DNA of 63,925 nt, the filler included, from Octopus bimaculoides (Eukaryota), in NCBI RefSeq assembly GCF_001194135.2. It is 6 parts of 5 records of this genome, joined end to end, with 100 filler letters (N's around TTAATTAATTAA, not from the genome) between each part and the next. Parts side by side here need not be neighbours in the genome. Positions count along the whole stretch, not along the records: positions 1 to 21,624 come from NC_069004.1; 5 more parts are not named here. One strand, given 5' to 3'. Position numbers and translations under genes: made by a program. The notes under the pieces are model-generated. The model was not told the origin of the DNA, did not search any database, and was given only the letters and a program-made list of their open reading frames with translations. Positions 1 through 13,079 of the stretch are shown here, in pieces (the first letter of the stretch is position 1; each line of letters begins with the position of its first letter).

Positions 1-519
1 ACCGCCACCCCCCCACCGACCCCGCAATCGCAGCCACCAATCACCACCTCCGTCGCCACCACTACGCCTGGTACGATGACGACCACCACCACTACCACAA
101 CCACTACCAGCATCAACAACTTTAATATCTAAAAAGTTTGCAAAAAAAAAAAAAAAAACTAAGCAGATAATGATTTGACTAACAAAATCAAAAAAAAAAA
201 AACCCATTTCAGAAAGTAAATTAATCATATTTGTCTATATTTCTATAGTTAATAAATCTCAGGAGATGAGGTGACATGTAATCGAATTTGGCAATAATTT
301 TATTACACTGTAAAAGGTTTTTTTCTTCTTTTATCGGTTCAATTCAATCAATTCGAAAATCAGGCTACCATAAACGCTGCTTTGAATATATATAGAAATA
401 TTCAGCGCAGTTACGAGCCTAGTGCTAAGAAAGATGACCGTTGCGTAATAATAGGCGGACCCGGTTTTAAGCGAAATGTTAATCCATCCATCCATCCATT
501 CATTCATCCATCCGTCCGT

Positions 520-670
520 CCGTCCATCCATCCATACATACATATATGCAAGCACAAATATCCTGTTGTTGATGTTGAAGTTCCAACGAAGGAAGCTTGG
601 ATTTAGGTTAGAAAGTGCTTCTTTCTCTATTGGTAAGAGACCTTGCAATAAGCTGAATAATGACATGCAC
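520..670 (+). repeat. Dispersed ~150-bp repeat, unclassified
   Basis: GATGTTG..GTTCCAA(C/T)GAAGGA..GGATTTAGGTTAGAA..TCTCTATT also occurs at 970-1080(+) and 13600-13720(-). Confidence 0.7.
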
Positions 671-1172
671 ACACAATGCTTAAGTGCCATCTTGAGAAAT
701 TAAGCTTCACAAAACCAGAAAGGAGAAAGCTGATTAGAAGACGACCGATCGATGCCATCACTGGAACTATAAAAATCTGTAAAGTATATATGAACATGTC
801 TTTTAAGTATATATAAACATGTCTGGACATACAGCTATACGCATGAGAATATATGCATGAAACATAATATACTAATTTACACATATACATACATACATAC
901 ATACACACATAAACACGCATCCATACAAATCTGCGCATACACTAACACCAAATACTGCACACATACACATATGCACAAATACCTAGATGATGTTGATAAA
1001 AGTTCCAATGAAGGAGCCTTGAATCTATGTTAGAGTCCGGCTCTTTCTCTATCGACAAGAAATACAGAAATGAAACTGATTGATAACATACATACATACA
1101 TACAGAAGTTTATCATTTAAATATGTATGAGCATGTCTGTGTAAGTTTAACATAATTATCGATATGTTCATA

Positions 1173-1405
1173 GGACGGCGAGCTGGCGGAATCATTAGCA
1201 CGCTGGGAGAAATGCTTAGCGGTATTTCGCCTGCCGTTACGTTCTGAGTTCAAACTCCGCCGAGGTCGGCTTTGCCTTTCATCCTTTCGGGTCGATTAAA
1301 TAAGTACCAGTTAAGCACTAGGGTCGATGTAATCAACTTAATCCCTTTGTCTGTCTTTGTTTGTTCCCTTCTTTGTTTAGCCCCCTGTAAGCAATAACGA
1401 AATAC
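1173..1405 (+). mobile_element. SINE family A (tRNA head, GCCTTTCATCCTTTCGGGGTCGAT central domain, tail type 1)
   Basis: Box A-like AGCTGGCGGAATC and box B GAGTTCAAACTCC. Other copies: 2066-2221(+), 4335-4545(-), 6735-6910(-), 7255-7420(-), 10720-10835(-), 12425-12526(-), 20895-21050(+), 28375-28560(-), 51255-51460(-). The central domain resembles the MetaSINE-type domain (from memory). Confidence 0.85.
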
Positions 1406-2291
1406 TTATATTTAAATAATCATCGCATGAAAGTCTTTCGTTTTTCTAATACACTTAGTATTTCGTCCAACGTGCTAACGATTCTGCCAGCTCGCCGTGA
1501 TAATGATAATAATAATGATAATAATAACAACAATAATAATAATGAATTGTCATATTATAAACGTATAAACTAAAGTCGTAAATTTTCTGGATCGGTAAAA
1601 AACCCAAATAAAATAAGCATTGACAAGAAGCGAACACGTTAAATCTAAGAGAATATTAAAAAATTAAAGGAAAACTATTATTGTAAATCAGTTGAAGAAA
1701 TCTAGTGTTATGTAGATAATTTGCTAAGCCAGAAATAAATCGACCAAATATTATAATTGGTTCAGTACTGCATTAGAGACATCGTATTAACAGAGGAGGT
1801 AATAACCATTATTAAAAAGTTCACGAAGTTAATACATTAGAATTAAAAGGTGTGATTTAAATATTACGTAAACTACAGTATGTGTCGAGAAATCATAAAC
1901 AAACGGAAATGATTTATTTCCAGATAACGCTATCAACTAGTAATTTTGTTATTTGAAGAAGAAATATTTAAGTTTAAAAGATACACAAACGAATTTAAGT
2001 CTAATATATACTAACTTTATATCTCACCAAAACACAGAGTGGCTTCAATAATAGAGATGCGTCAAGGCGGTGAGCTGGCGGGAACGTTACCACGCCGGGC
2101 GAAATGCTGAGTGGTATTTCGTCTGTCTTTACGTTCTGAGTTCAAATCCTGCTGAAGTCGACTTTACCTTTCATCCTTTCGGGGTCGATAGATTAAGTAC
2201 TAGTTACGTACTGGAGTCGATTTGAAAAATTTTAATATGTAAGGATGAGACACGTGTTATTTTGGCTCATAATTATAAGTTAAAGTTTGGC

Positions 2292-2366
2292 GTACCCGCT
2301 GATGAGAACTTCGCCTAGCGAATTATTTTATTTGTCAATTAAAGTTCGAAATCTAGGTCCGGCTGC
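2292..2366 (+). ncRNA. Type I hammerhead ribozyme motif
   Basis: Layout: CCG (2296-98), CTGATGA (2299-2305), stem II GAACTT (2306-11) pairing with AAGTTC (2342-47), GAAA (2348-51), T-CTAG-G, TC (2358-59), CGG (2360-62). All conserved core nucleotides are present, with G10.1:C11.1, a GUC cleavage triplet and a palindromic CTAG loop III. Confidence 0.8.
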
Positions 2367-4636
2367 AGAACATGGTAAATGTTTTTATTTTTCATTCCCT
2401 TNNNNNNNNNNNNNNNNNNNNNNNNNNNNNNNNNNNNNNNNNNNNNNNNNNNNNNNNNNNNNNNNNNNNNNNNNNNNNNNNNNNNNNNNNNNNNNNNNNN
2501 NNNNNNNNNNNNNNNNNNNNNNNNNNNNNNNNNNNNNNNNNNNNNNNNNNNNNNNNNNNNNNNNNNNNNNNNNNNNNNNNNNNNNNNNNNNNNNNNNNNN
2601 NNNNNNNNNNNNNNNNNNNNNNNNNNNNNNNNNNNNNNNNNNNNNNNNNNNNNNNNNNNNNNNNNNNNNNNNNNNNNNNNNNNNNNNNNNNNNNNNNNNN
2701 NNNNNNNNNNNNNNNNNNNNNNNNNNNNNNNNNNNNNNNNNNNNNNNNNNNNNNNNNNNNNNNNNNNNNNNNNNNNNNNNNNNNNNNNNNNNNNNNNNNN
2801 NNNNNNNNNNNNNNNNNNNNNNNNNNNNNNNNNNNNNNNNNNNNNNNNNNNNNNNNNNNNNNNNNNNNNNNNNNNNNNNNNNNNNNNNNNNNNNNNNNNN
2901 NNNNNNNNNNNNNNNNNNNNNNNNNNNNNNNNNNNNNNNNNNNNNNNNNNNNNNNNNNNNNNNNNNNNNNNNNNNNNNNNNNNNNNNNNNNNNNNNNNNN
3001 NNNNNNNNNNNNNNNNNNNNNNNNNNNNNNNNNNNNNNNNNNNNNNNNNNNNNNNNNNNNNNNNNNNNNNNNNNNNNNNNNNNNNNNNNNNNNNNNNNNN
3101 NNNNNNNNNNNNNGTGGAGGATTAAAGCTGTGTTGGATATTAAGTAAGTGTTCCCTTAATCATCTTAGAGAGAAGATGAAAGGGGAAAGAAATAAACAAA
3201 GAAAGGGATTAAACGTATTAAGAACGAATGGTGGAGAGTTGGAGAGAAGCTAATACGATTTATGCGGAATTAGAAAGACATTGGTTTATTCTGCGTTTTC
3301 GCTTTTACTCTTTTACTTGTTTCAGCCATTTGACTGCGGTCATGCTGGAGCACCGTCTCCAAGGGCTTTTAGTCGAACAAATCTACCCCATGACTTATTT
3401 CTTGAGTCTAGTACTTATTCTATTGACCTCCGAACTGCTATGTTACATTGTCGAACCGCTAAGTTACGTGAACGTAAATACACTAACACCGATTGTCAAA
3501 CGGTGATGGTTTGTAACACTGAGAAAAGAAAAGTCAAAATCTGAATTTGGTTGGGATTTGAACTCTGAACGAAAAGGACCATAATCACATAATCACATAC
3601 GGCACTGTATTTTGTTTGACACTTTACTGATTCTGACATCCACCCGGCATGTTGTTTATGGATTTATATATTTGGTTAGGTCCCCCTTTTCCATCTCTTC
3701 TCCAAACTGGCAAGCCATACTTAGCCCATCGTTAACATTTTAGCCATTGGTGAACCCCCAATTTTTTTTGGCTTTCTTTTATGTTATTGTTTAATCTATG
3801 CATGTTAATTCACTTAACTCGTAGTGGAATGTATCATATCTATATACTGTACCTGATATATAATATATTACAACTATACGTTTTACTTCGGCAGATAAAG
3901 AATTGATTTGATATCTAGAATGTAGCTTTTAGAATTTAATTAAGTTTTCATAATCAATAATTAATGTAAATTTCCAATATATATTCCAACCTGAACACTT
4001 CTTGCATTTGAAAATGTATTTTCTATCCATGTCATTAATTCTAGAATATTTTTAAAATTGCTCTTTCGTTTCGTTTTCTTATCTCTTCCTTTTATATAGA
4101 ACAATTTATTCTTGGACTCCATGAATATTCCGCACTTCAAGTTGTCTTAAATACATTTTTTCTGGCAGGTTATCTTTATTCATTGAATTCTTTACATCTC
4201 CAGCGAAATTGTGACAACTTGTTTATCATCTGAAGATCACACAGAATTTAATGATAATTACATTAAAAATAATAATTTATAATTTTAGAAGGAAAACTAC
4301 CGATTCAAATGAAAGTCAAACTGGATTAAATAATAGTTTTATATTTTGGCGCACAGCCTGCAGTTTTTGAGGGGAAGGAAAAATCGATTAATTTGATCTC
4401 AGTACTTGACTGGTACTTATCATATCGATTCCGAAAAGACGAAGTTCAACGTCGATCTCAACAGAATTTGAATCCAGAAAATAAAGACGGACAAAATGTC
4501 GCTAAGCATTTTATTCGGCGTGCTAACGGCTCTGCCAGCTCGCACCCCTGATGAAGTCGACCGAGGTGGAATTTGAACTCAGAACGTAAAGACAGACGAA
4601 ATAGTGCTAAGCATTTTATCCCACGTGCTAACGTTT

Positions 4637-4866
4637 CTTATTGCTTTATTGCCCACATGGGGCTAAGCATAGAGGGGACAAACAAGGACAGACAAAGGGA
4701 TTAAGTCGATTATATCGACCTCAGTGTGTAACTGGTACTTATTTAATCGACCCCGAAAGGATGAAAGGAAAAGTCGGACCTCAGCGGAATTTGAACTCAG
4801 AACGTAGCAGTAGATGAAATAGTTCTAAGCATTTCGCCCGGCGTGCTAACGATTCTCCCAGCTTGC
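4637..4866 (-). mobile_element. SINE family A, full copy in a cluster of three same-strand copies (4335-4866)
   Basis: Reverse complement matches 1173-1405, including the tail. Confidence 0.85.
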
Positions 4867-7800
4867 TGCTGTAATACCGGATTAAACAATACTCCCAGAT
4901 GCTTGTCCCGGCTCTTTACATTCAAAGTTCAAATATCGCTGAGACCAAGTCTGTTTCATTGTATCGGGGACGATAAAATAAAAATACCAGTCAAATACTA
5001 GGGTCAATGTAATTAACTAATCGTCTCTTTGAAAGAAATTACTACGCTATTATTCAAATATGAATGTATCATGATATTTTACAATCAGAGTCCAAATTTC
5101 AGGACAGATATTATTTTTTTCTGTCCACGGCCAATATAATAACTGTTAGTCGAGGTTGATCTTGTATTTAACATTCTTTCGGGGTTGTGGCGAAAAAGTC
5201 AGCAGAAGTTCGTCATTGCCTTCTGTCGGAGCCGCGTGGAGCTTTGGTGTTTCGCTCAAAAACACACGCATCACCCGGTCTGAGCTTCGAACCCGCGGTC
5301 CCTGGACCGCGATTCCTCTGCTCTAAACACTAGGCCATGTACCTCCACACTACTCAGCTATAGGGGACGTTAATTCATGATCAGATAATACAGTTAATCG
5401 AGGAAATAAATCTCCATCGTCAGACGGTCCATATTCACCTCCAACACCTCCGCAAACATCTCCGCGGTTGCCATATTTGTTGCGGTTGATGTTATATCGT
5501 AGAATGTATTCCTTGTTTCGTTAGAGCGAAAAAAGAAAAAAAAAACAAACAAACTATCTCACGTGTTTTTAGATCACAAATCTTATCTATTAGAATTGTT
5601 TGATTTCTATGAAAATATTTTCTTTGAATTCCTTCATAGTTTAATGGAATTCTTTATTTTTCTTGGTGTTGTTTTCATGTGGTCATCAGTCGAAGTAAAA
5701 AGTTATTAATCTTAGTTTTAAACACAGCAGTCTGTCCTTAGCGTAAGAAGATTTAGGTACGCTACTGGAAACAGGCGGTATTGTTAATCGAAATATGAAG
5801 TGCGTGATAAATAGTTAAGAGTGCACAACAAAGCGATCGCTGTTGATCTCACAAAAGTGCCAAACACGCGAACCACTTCGTCCCTACTTTCAAGTTCGTG
5901 CCTCACAAGCGTTCATACACACATAATTTTTCTCGTCTGGCCGTAAAGACTTTTCTGTTTGTTTTCTTTTTTTTTGTTTTTTGTCCGCCACTACATTCCT
6001 CCATGGCAAGATTTAATTTGTGTATACAAATTTAATTTGCGGTCCATGGGAAGAGCCGTTTTAACGATGCGTCCNNNNNNNNNNNNNNNNNNNNNNNNNN
6101 NNNNNNNNNNNNNNNNNNNNNNNNNNNNNNNNNNNNNNNNNNNNNNNNNNNNNNNNNNNNNNNNNNNNNNNNNNNNNNNNNNNNNNNNNNNNNNNNNNNN
6201 NNNNNNNNNNNNNNNNNNNNNNNNNNNNNNNNNNNNNNNNNNNNNNNNNNNNNNNNNNNNNNNNNNNNNNNNNNNNNNNNNNNNNNNNNNNNNNNNNNNN
6301 NNNNNNNNNNNNNNNNNNNNNNNNNNNNNNNNNNNNNNNNNNNNNNNNNNNNNNNNNNNNNNNNNNNNNNNNNNNNNNNNNNNNNNNNNNNNNNNNNNNN
6401 NNNNNNNNNNNNNNNNNNNNNNNNNNNNNNNNNNNNNNNNNNNNNNNNNNNNNNNNNNNNNNNNNNNNNNNNNNNNNNNNNNNNNNNNNNNNNNNNNNNN
6501 NNNNNNNNNNNNNNNNNNNNNNNNNNNNNNNNNNNNNNNNNNNNNNNNNNNNNNNNNNNNNNNNNNNNNNNNNNNTATGTATGTATATATACTTGCACAC
6601 ACACACATATACTGTTTTATATCCCTGCCAGTTTCGGATTGTCGAGTGGACAAGCTGTACAGACGAAATACCACCAAGCATTCTGCCTTGCGTGCTAACG
6701 ATTCTGCCAGCTCACTGTAATTATAATAATTCTTCCTACTATAGACTGAAATTTTGTGGATAGGGGGCTAGTGTCTTACATCGACCCCAGTGCTCAGCTA
6801 ATACTTATTTTCTCGATTCGAAAAGATGAAAAGGCGAAGGTGACCTCGGTGGAATTTGAACTCAAAATACATTTTATCCGGTGTGCTAACGATTCTGCCA
6901 GCTCGTCGCTTTAAATTAAATAATGGTTTTGAATTTTGACACAAGGTCAAGAATTTTAATACATAAAGCGAGACAGCCCACGGTAGTGGCCCAGATAGAT
7001 GCATTTAATTTATTGGCGTTTGCTGAAGTCTAATGTCACTCAAACTCTCCGATACCCGCCAGAATGCAAGAAGACTAATAGTTCAGTTAATGATTCTTCA
7101 GATAATGTAAAACTTGCCACCATTATATCCTAAGGAGATATTTTAACTATTTTTTTGTTTTTTAAGTGTGCATGGTAGTATCATTTTCATAAAATGTGCT
7201 CAGCAGTCCATGCTATGTAAGTGCAAATCGTAACGCTTTATGGGTTAATGGGTGGTGACATATCAGTTACATCGATGCTACTAGCACTTAACTGGTACTT
7301 TATTCATCGACCCTGGAAAGATGAAAGGCAAAGTCAATCTTAACGGAATTTGAACCTAGAACGTAAAGAACCGGAAGAAATACCGCTAAAACATTTTGTC
7401 CGAAGCGTTAATGATTCTGCTAGATAAATAGAAGTAACGAATTTTGTCTAACTTGTATAACATCCCAATTTTATGAGAGCCCTCCATAAATTTAAAATCT
7501 CTTATAAGCAGAAAACCAGAACGAGGCTGAGTTAGAGATTACAGCAATTACTAATAAAATTGATTAGCATTCATGTAGAATGATCAAATTATTGATGAAA
7601 TTTCTTGTGAATCGATATAGGAGCTCCCAGAAGACTAACCAAACGGCACGACTTAATATAATTTATTAGACATGTTATATTTGACTTAATTAACTGAATA
7701 AGGCAGTCCCAATTTAATTAGATTAAATAACTAATCCCAAATCGCCTTTATTAAATGATAAGGTTGAATAGTATATTAGATCGGAGAACCTAGTTATTTG

Positions 7801-8073
7801 TTATTGATATCAGTGGTGTATTTATAGTGACGATTTATCAATATTATACAATCGAATGGTTATATCTATGTATATTCCGTGCTGCACATCCCATTTTGTC
7901 TCAAAGCGACGAAAATATTTGGCAAATTAAATTTAAATGTTGAAGTGAATCTAACGGTCTTTGTGGGTTTCTTAAACGGCTTATAAACATCTTCCACGCT
8001 GCAATTGTGAATATATATATTTTGCGTATATGTGTATGAAAGTGTGAAAGAGAGAGAGAGAAAGAGAGAGGAT

Positions 8074-8115
<42 letters not shown>

Positions 8116-9776
8116 TAGAGAAAGAGAGAGAGTGTGTGTGCTTATGTGTTTATGTTTATGGAGTGTTTCTATCCAGGAGGAGCTATCAGATAAACCACGA
8201 AACAAAATTTATATTTCACTGAATATCGGTCACCGGAATAAAAAAAAGAAAAAAAAACCCCAAAAAAATCACCAAAAGCAAACAACAACAAAAAAAGAAA
8301 GAAAAGAAAAAGCAAACAAAACACAGAAAGATTTGTTACGCACTCAGCAGCTCAATCTTTGTCAGAAGATANNNNNNNNNNNNNNNNNNNNNNNNNNNNN
8401 NNNNNNNNNNNNNNNNNNNNNNNNNNNNNNNNNNNNNNNNNNNNNNNNNNNNNNNNNNNNNNNNNNNNNNNNNNNNNNNNNNNNNNNNNNNNNNNNNNNN
8501 NNNNNNNNNNNNNNNNNNNNNNNNNNNNNNNNNNNNNNNNNNNNNNNNNNNNNNNNNNNNNNNNNNNNNNNNNNNNNNNNNNNNNNNNNNNNNNNNNNNN
8601 NNNNNNNNNNNNNNNNNNNNNNNNNNNNNNNNNNNNNNNNNNNNNNNNNNNNNNNNNNNNNNNNNNNNNNNNNNNNNNNNNNNNNNNNNNNNNNNNNNNN
8701 NNNNNNNNNNNNNNNNNNNNNNNNNNNNNNNNNNNNNNNNNNNNNNNNNNNNNNNNNNNNNNNNNNNNNNNNNNNNNNNNNNNNNNNNNNNNNNNNNNNN
8801 NNNNNNNNNNNNNNNNNNNNNNNNNNNNNNNNNNNNNNNNNNNNNNNNNNNNNNNNNNNNNNNNNNNNNNNNNNNNNNNNNNNNNNNNNNNNNNNNNNNN
8901 NNNNNNNNNNNNNNNNNNNNNNNNNNNNNNNNNNNNNNNNNNNNNNNNNNNNNNNNNNNNNNNNNNNNNNNNNNNNNNNNNNNNNNNNNNNNNNNNNNNN
9001 NNNNNNNNNNNNNNNNNNNNNNNNNNNNNNNNNNNNNNNNNNNNNNNNNNNNNNNNNNNNNNNNNNNNNNNNNNNNNNNNNNNNNNNNNNNNNNNNNNNN
9101 NNNNNNNNNNNNNNNNNNNNNNNNNNNNNNNNNNNNNNNNNNNNNNNNNNNNNNNNNNNNNNNNNNNNNNNNNNNNNNNNNNNNNNNNNNNNNNNNNNNN
9201 NNNNNNNNNNNNNNNNNNNNNNNNNNNNNNNNNNNNNNNNNNNNNNNNNNNNNNNNNNNNNNNNNNNNNNNNNNNNNNNNNNNNNNNNNNNNNNNNNNNN
9301 NNNNNNNNNNNNNNNNNNNNNNNNNNNNNNNNNNNNNNNNNNNNNAATATTCCTAAAATTTCAACTTCTTAGGGGGTTAGTAAGACCCCTTAATGGGGCT
9401 TAACCCACACAATTTAGTCATTTTTCCCAAGCCAAGACGATTACAATTGTAGTCTTAGAAACTGTAGAGTCACCCGAGGATACAAGATGAGCGTTATATG
9501 TAATTCAATGGTACAACACTGCAAGAGTTTGCTTTGAGATATGCTTAGACAGTGAGTTCTGCAATTAGGTGCATAAATTGTCAAGTAAAGGAGAGGCATC
9601 TTTGTCTCCACTGATTCAGTTGCAAAGTGTTATTTTGAGTAAAGTTATTTGGTTGCAGACCTCCTTTGAGTCCTTTTATATACACGTAAATGTCGAACAT
9701 CGAGAATAAGTGCTCAGCACAGCATTGGCGGATAAACTTTTCTTATTTGCTTATTAAGGTCATAATAAACAAATTG

Positions 9777-9818
<42 letters not shown>

Positions 9819-10511
9819 ATTCAACGCAATAAATGTCTCAAGGGTTCTTAGTACGAGGTATTAGTATATTGGATAAACAAACCATGTTTATTACTTATTC
9901 CCATACGCATGCGTATAACTAGTCATCAAAATATTTTGATGACGGCGAGGTTAATTCTTGTAAATGATTCCGTGTTTATTTTGTGTGCTGTATTTAATGG
10001 TTCATATTATCCCTCCTGTGTAATTCACATATTGTTCGAAGGAACAACAGATAGAGCAAGACGTTTCGCACTCTCAGTATTTAAATATTTCGATAAGACA
10101 AATGGAAAATTTTTTAATCCGACAGCTCGTACGAGTTTTCTAATTACATATCTATAAACGCATTCACACTCAAACACACACATATACACAGACGCAACGA
10201 TCCTCCCCACACACACAAACACAATGACCAACGACCTGCCGTGTGTCCTAAGGGGCAGCTCGTACCAATTTAGCTAAGCCAATAATTTGCTAAGTGTAAC
10301 GGCACATAAATCTATGCTTTTGAGAGACAACGTTTTTTCGACTAATAAACAAATATGTGCGCATATGTATGTATGTATGTATGTATATGCAAACAGAAAC
10401 ACTATGCTATATATACCCACATTTATATGTGCGTGTGTGTAAGTTTGAATGCATTTCTGATAGTGTAATGAGAGCGTGCGTTTACGTATTGGATACGAAA
10501 ATTGGTATATA

Positions 10512-10565
<54 letters not shown>

Positions 10566-11327
10566 CGCAGGAATGACTGTGTGGTAAGTAGCTTGCTTAC
10601 CAATCACATGGTTCCGGGTTCAGTCCCACTGCATGGTACCTTAAGCAAGTGTCTCCTACTATAGCCTCGGGCTGACCAAAGCCTTGTGAGTGAATCTGGT
10701 AGACGGAAATTGAAAGAACTTATTTTATCGATCCCGAAAGGATGAAAGACAAAAATCAACCTCGGAAGAATTTGAACTCAGAACGCAAAGACGAGCTAAG
10801 CATTTCGCCCGGCGTGCTAATGCTTCTGTCAGCGTCTATAAATATATATTAACGACGTAATTACAAGAAACCTCTGACCGTCCATTTGGGTGAGAAAAGG
10901 CGGTCTTGGTTATAACCATTGTTTGCTGTCTCAGAAACATGACCAAGAAGAATTAAAGACAACGAGAGAAAACATTAGCGTTAGTTAACATATTCTAAGT
11001 TAACATATTCTACTGGCCGAGAATAATATTAGCTGACCACTGACATGTTTAGTCGGGTGTTAAAATCGTTGTCTTGGCCATTACGCAGAGGAATTATTCT
11101 GTGATATTCGTGACTCGAAATATCGTATGAATCGGCATAAAATTAAAGTAACATTTGAGTTAAAGAGATGTATAAATGTATGTTGGTTGTAGTTTTCGAA
11201 TCTCGCATCAATGGAGAAATGCCAGTTTCTATTCTTCAAACTAGATTCTTTCACTGAAATTTAGACATCATCAGAATAGCCTCGTATTTAGGTATGCATG
11301 TATGTATGTATGTATTTATGTATATCT

Positions 11328-11770
11328 TCTAACATGGATCGGCCACGTTATCAGAATGCCTGATAATCGTCTCCTGGAAATGGTCTTATTCGGAGAGCTA
11401 TCAACTGGGGTTCGCGCGCACAGGGGACCCAAGAAAATGTTCAGGAACCACCTTAAGCTTGTCCCCAACTCCTGCAACATTCAACCGGCACAGCTTGAAC
11501 ACTTTGCTCAGTACCAGAAAACCTGGCACCCCTCTGCGACGAAGAAGCTGTACACTTTGAACTAATCCAAAGTGAGAAATTTGACGAAAAGAGACGCCAA
11601 CGTCATCTCGCATTCACCAACGAAGGGCAACTTCCCTTGTCGTCTGTGTTCAAGGACATGCCATTCCAGGAGCGGACTGTTTTCACATTTTTCAACTCAC
11701 TAAATGTAAGATAAGACTTCTAGAAGACAATGACGTCGTCAACATTGTCGAACAGCCATAAACAATAAGC
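11328..11770 (+). mobile_element. RTE/BovB-like LINE 3' fragment
   Basis: LTWIGHVIRMPDNRLLEMVLFGELSTG..GPKKMFRNHLK, then FPCRLCSRTCHSRSGLFSH, matches the RTE-BovB ORF2 C-terminus. Confidence 0.85.
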
Positions 11771-11889
11771 AGGTGTGTACAAATGTATTAATGTTCTCTT
11801 CTGATTTTAATTATTTGAAATTTTCCAGCAAGGAAAGGAGCTGGTTTCTAACAAAAGTACAAAGCTATATCATTGGAATGTAGATAACA

Positions 11890-12050
11890 GACACAATGAC
11901 ACATTTTAAACTTGAGAAAAGTCTTGTATATTTGTACTGTTCCACTTACAGATTGTGTTTGTAATGTGCGAGTTAGTTGGCTGATTTCTTTTTCTGAAAA
12001 TCGAAGCTTATCCTGACTGGCAGTTAGGTATTTAATCACAAACCAAGTGT
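11890..12050 (-). mobile_element. R4/Dong-like LINE extreme C-terminus
   Basis: KLRFSEKEISQLTRTLQTQSVSGTVQIYKTFLKF is homologous to the end of 13080-13500. Confidence 0.6.
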
Positions 12051-12214
12051 ACCAACTATGCATGCATGCACGTATGTATGTATGTATGTATGTATGTAAT
12101 ATCTTATGCATAGGTCTGTGAATATGTGTGTGTGTGTGTATGTATGTATATATACCTATTATATAAAAGCCATCTATATGAATGTCTGTATACATCTATG
12201 CATGCATTTGACCG

Positions 12215-12375
12215 TTGACTGAACACTATTCAATTTTTTTTCTCCGTGTTTTTCTCCTTGTCTCCGTATTCTTTCTGTTGAAGAGCGTAGCTCGAAACGT
12301 CAAAGACTTTCCGTATTCCCGAGCGTCATACTAATATATCCTTTTGTTATTTACACCACCTGTCCTCGTCTGTTG
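12215..12375 (+). mobile_element. Penelope pLTR-like remnant
   Basis: Pyrimidine-rich run followed by the GAAGAGCGTAGCTCGAAACGTC hammerhead-type motif typical of PLE termini. Confidence 0.55.
12270..12306 (+). ncRNA. Minimal type I hammerhead ribozyme motif (A6U core variant) in a Penelope pLTR-like remnant
   Basis: TCTTT-CTGTTGA-A-GAGC-GTA-GCTC-GAAA-CG-TC-AAAGA. Stem I is 5 bp and stem II is 4 bp, both perfect. Stem III is a palindromic ACGT mini-stem. The core reads CUGUUGA instead of CUGAUGA. Confidence 0.65.
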
Positions 12376-12391
12376 TTATTTGTATATTCTC

Positions 12392-12427
<36 letters not shown>

Positions 12428-12908
12428 TATTTCTTTACTACCCACAAGGGGCTACACACAGAGGGGACAAACAAAGACAGACAAACGGATTAAGTCGATT
12501 ATATCGACCCCAGTGCGTGACTGGTANNNNNNNNNNNNNNNNNNNNNNNNNNNNNNNNNNNNNNNNNNNNNNNNNNNNNNNNNNNNNNNNNNNNNNNNNN
12601 NNNNNNNNNNNNNNNNNNNNNNNNNNNNNNNNNNNNNNNNNNNNNNNNNNNNNNNNNNNNNNNNNNNNNNNNNNNNNNNNNNNNNNNNNNNNNNNNNNNN
12701 NNNNNNNNNNNNNNNNNNNNNNNNNNNNNNNNNNNNNNNNNNNNNNNNNNGAGAGAGAGAAAGAGAGAAATAGATAGATAGATAGATATATTCATGGTCA
12801 GAGGTGTTCGTAAACCGAGGTACTACTGTATTAAAGGAATATGAGAAAGACAGGCGATAAAGCATGATTTATTCGTGATCAGAGTTTTTCGGAAACCGAG
12901 TTTTACTG

Positions 12909-12959
<51 letters not shown>

Positions 12960-13079
12960 ACGCATGTATGGAGGAGTACATGCATGTATGTACACATGGT
13001 TAATATGCACACATGTACGTGCACATATATACATTGGTATGAATAGCATTGCTTGAGAGGATTTTATTAAATGCTAAGT

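Noticed and set aside
1-120. Thr/Pro-rich coding sequence
   Set aside because: Degenerate (ACC)n low-complexity tract.
2287-3253. Long ORFs spanning N runs (also 8132-9403, 27445-28287, 31617-32947, 58719-59972)
   Set aside because: They are open only because N codons contain no stops.
7070-7110. Minus-strand CTGAAGA..GAACTATTAGTC resembling the 14159 hammerhead
   Set aside because: GAAA is incomplete and there is no stem I.
11236-11282. Minus-strand CTGATGA..GAAA..CTA candidate
   Set aside because: No credible stem I or stem II.
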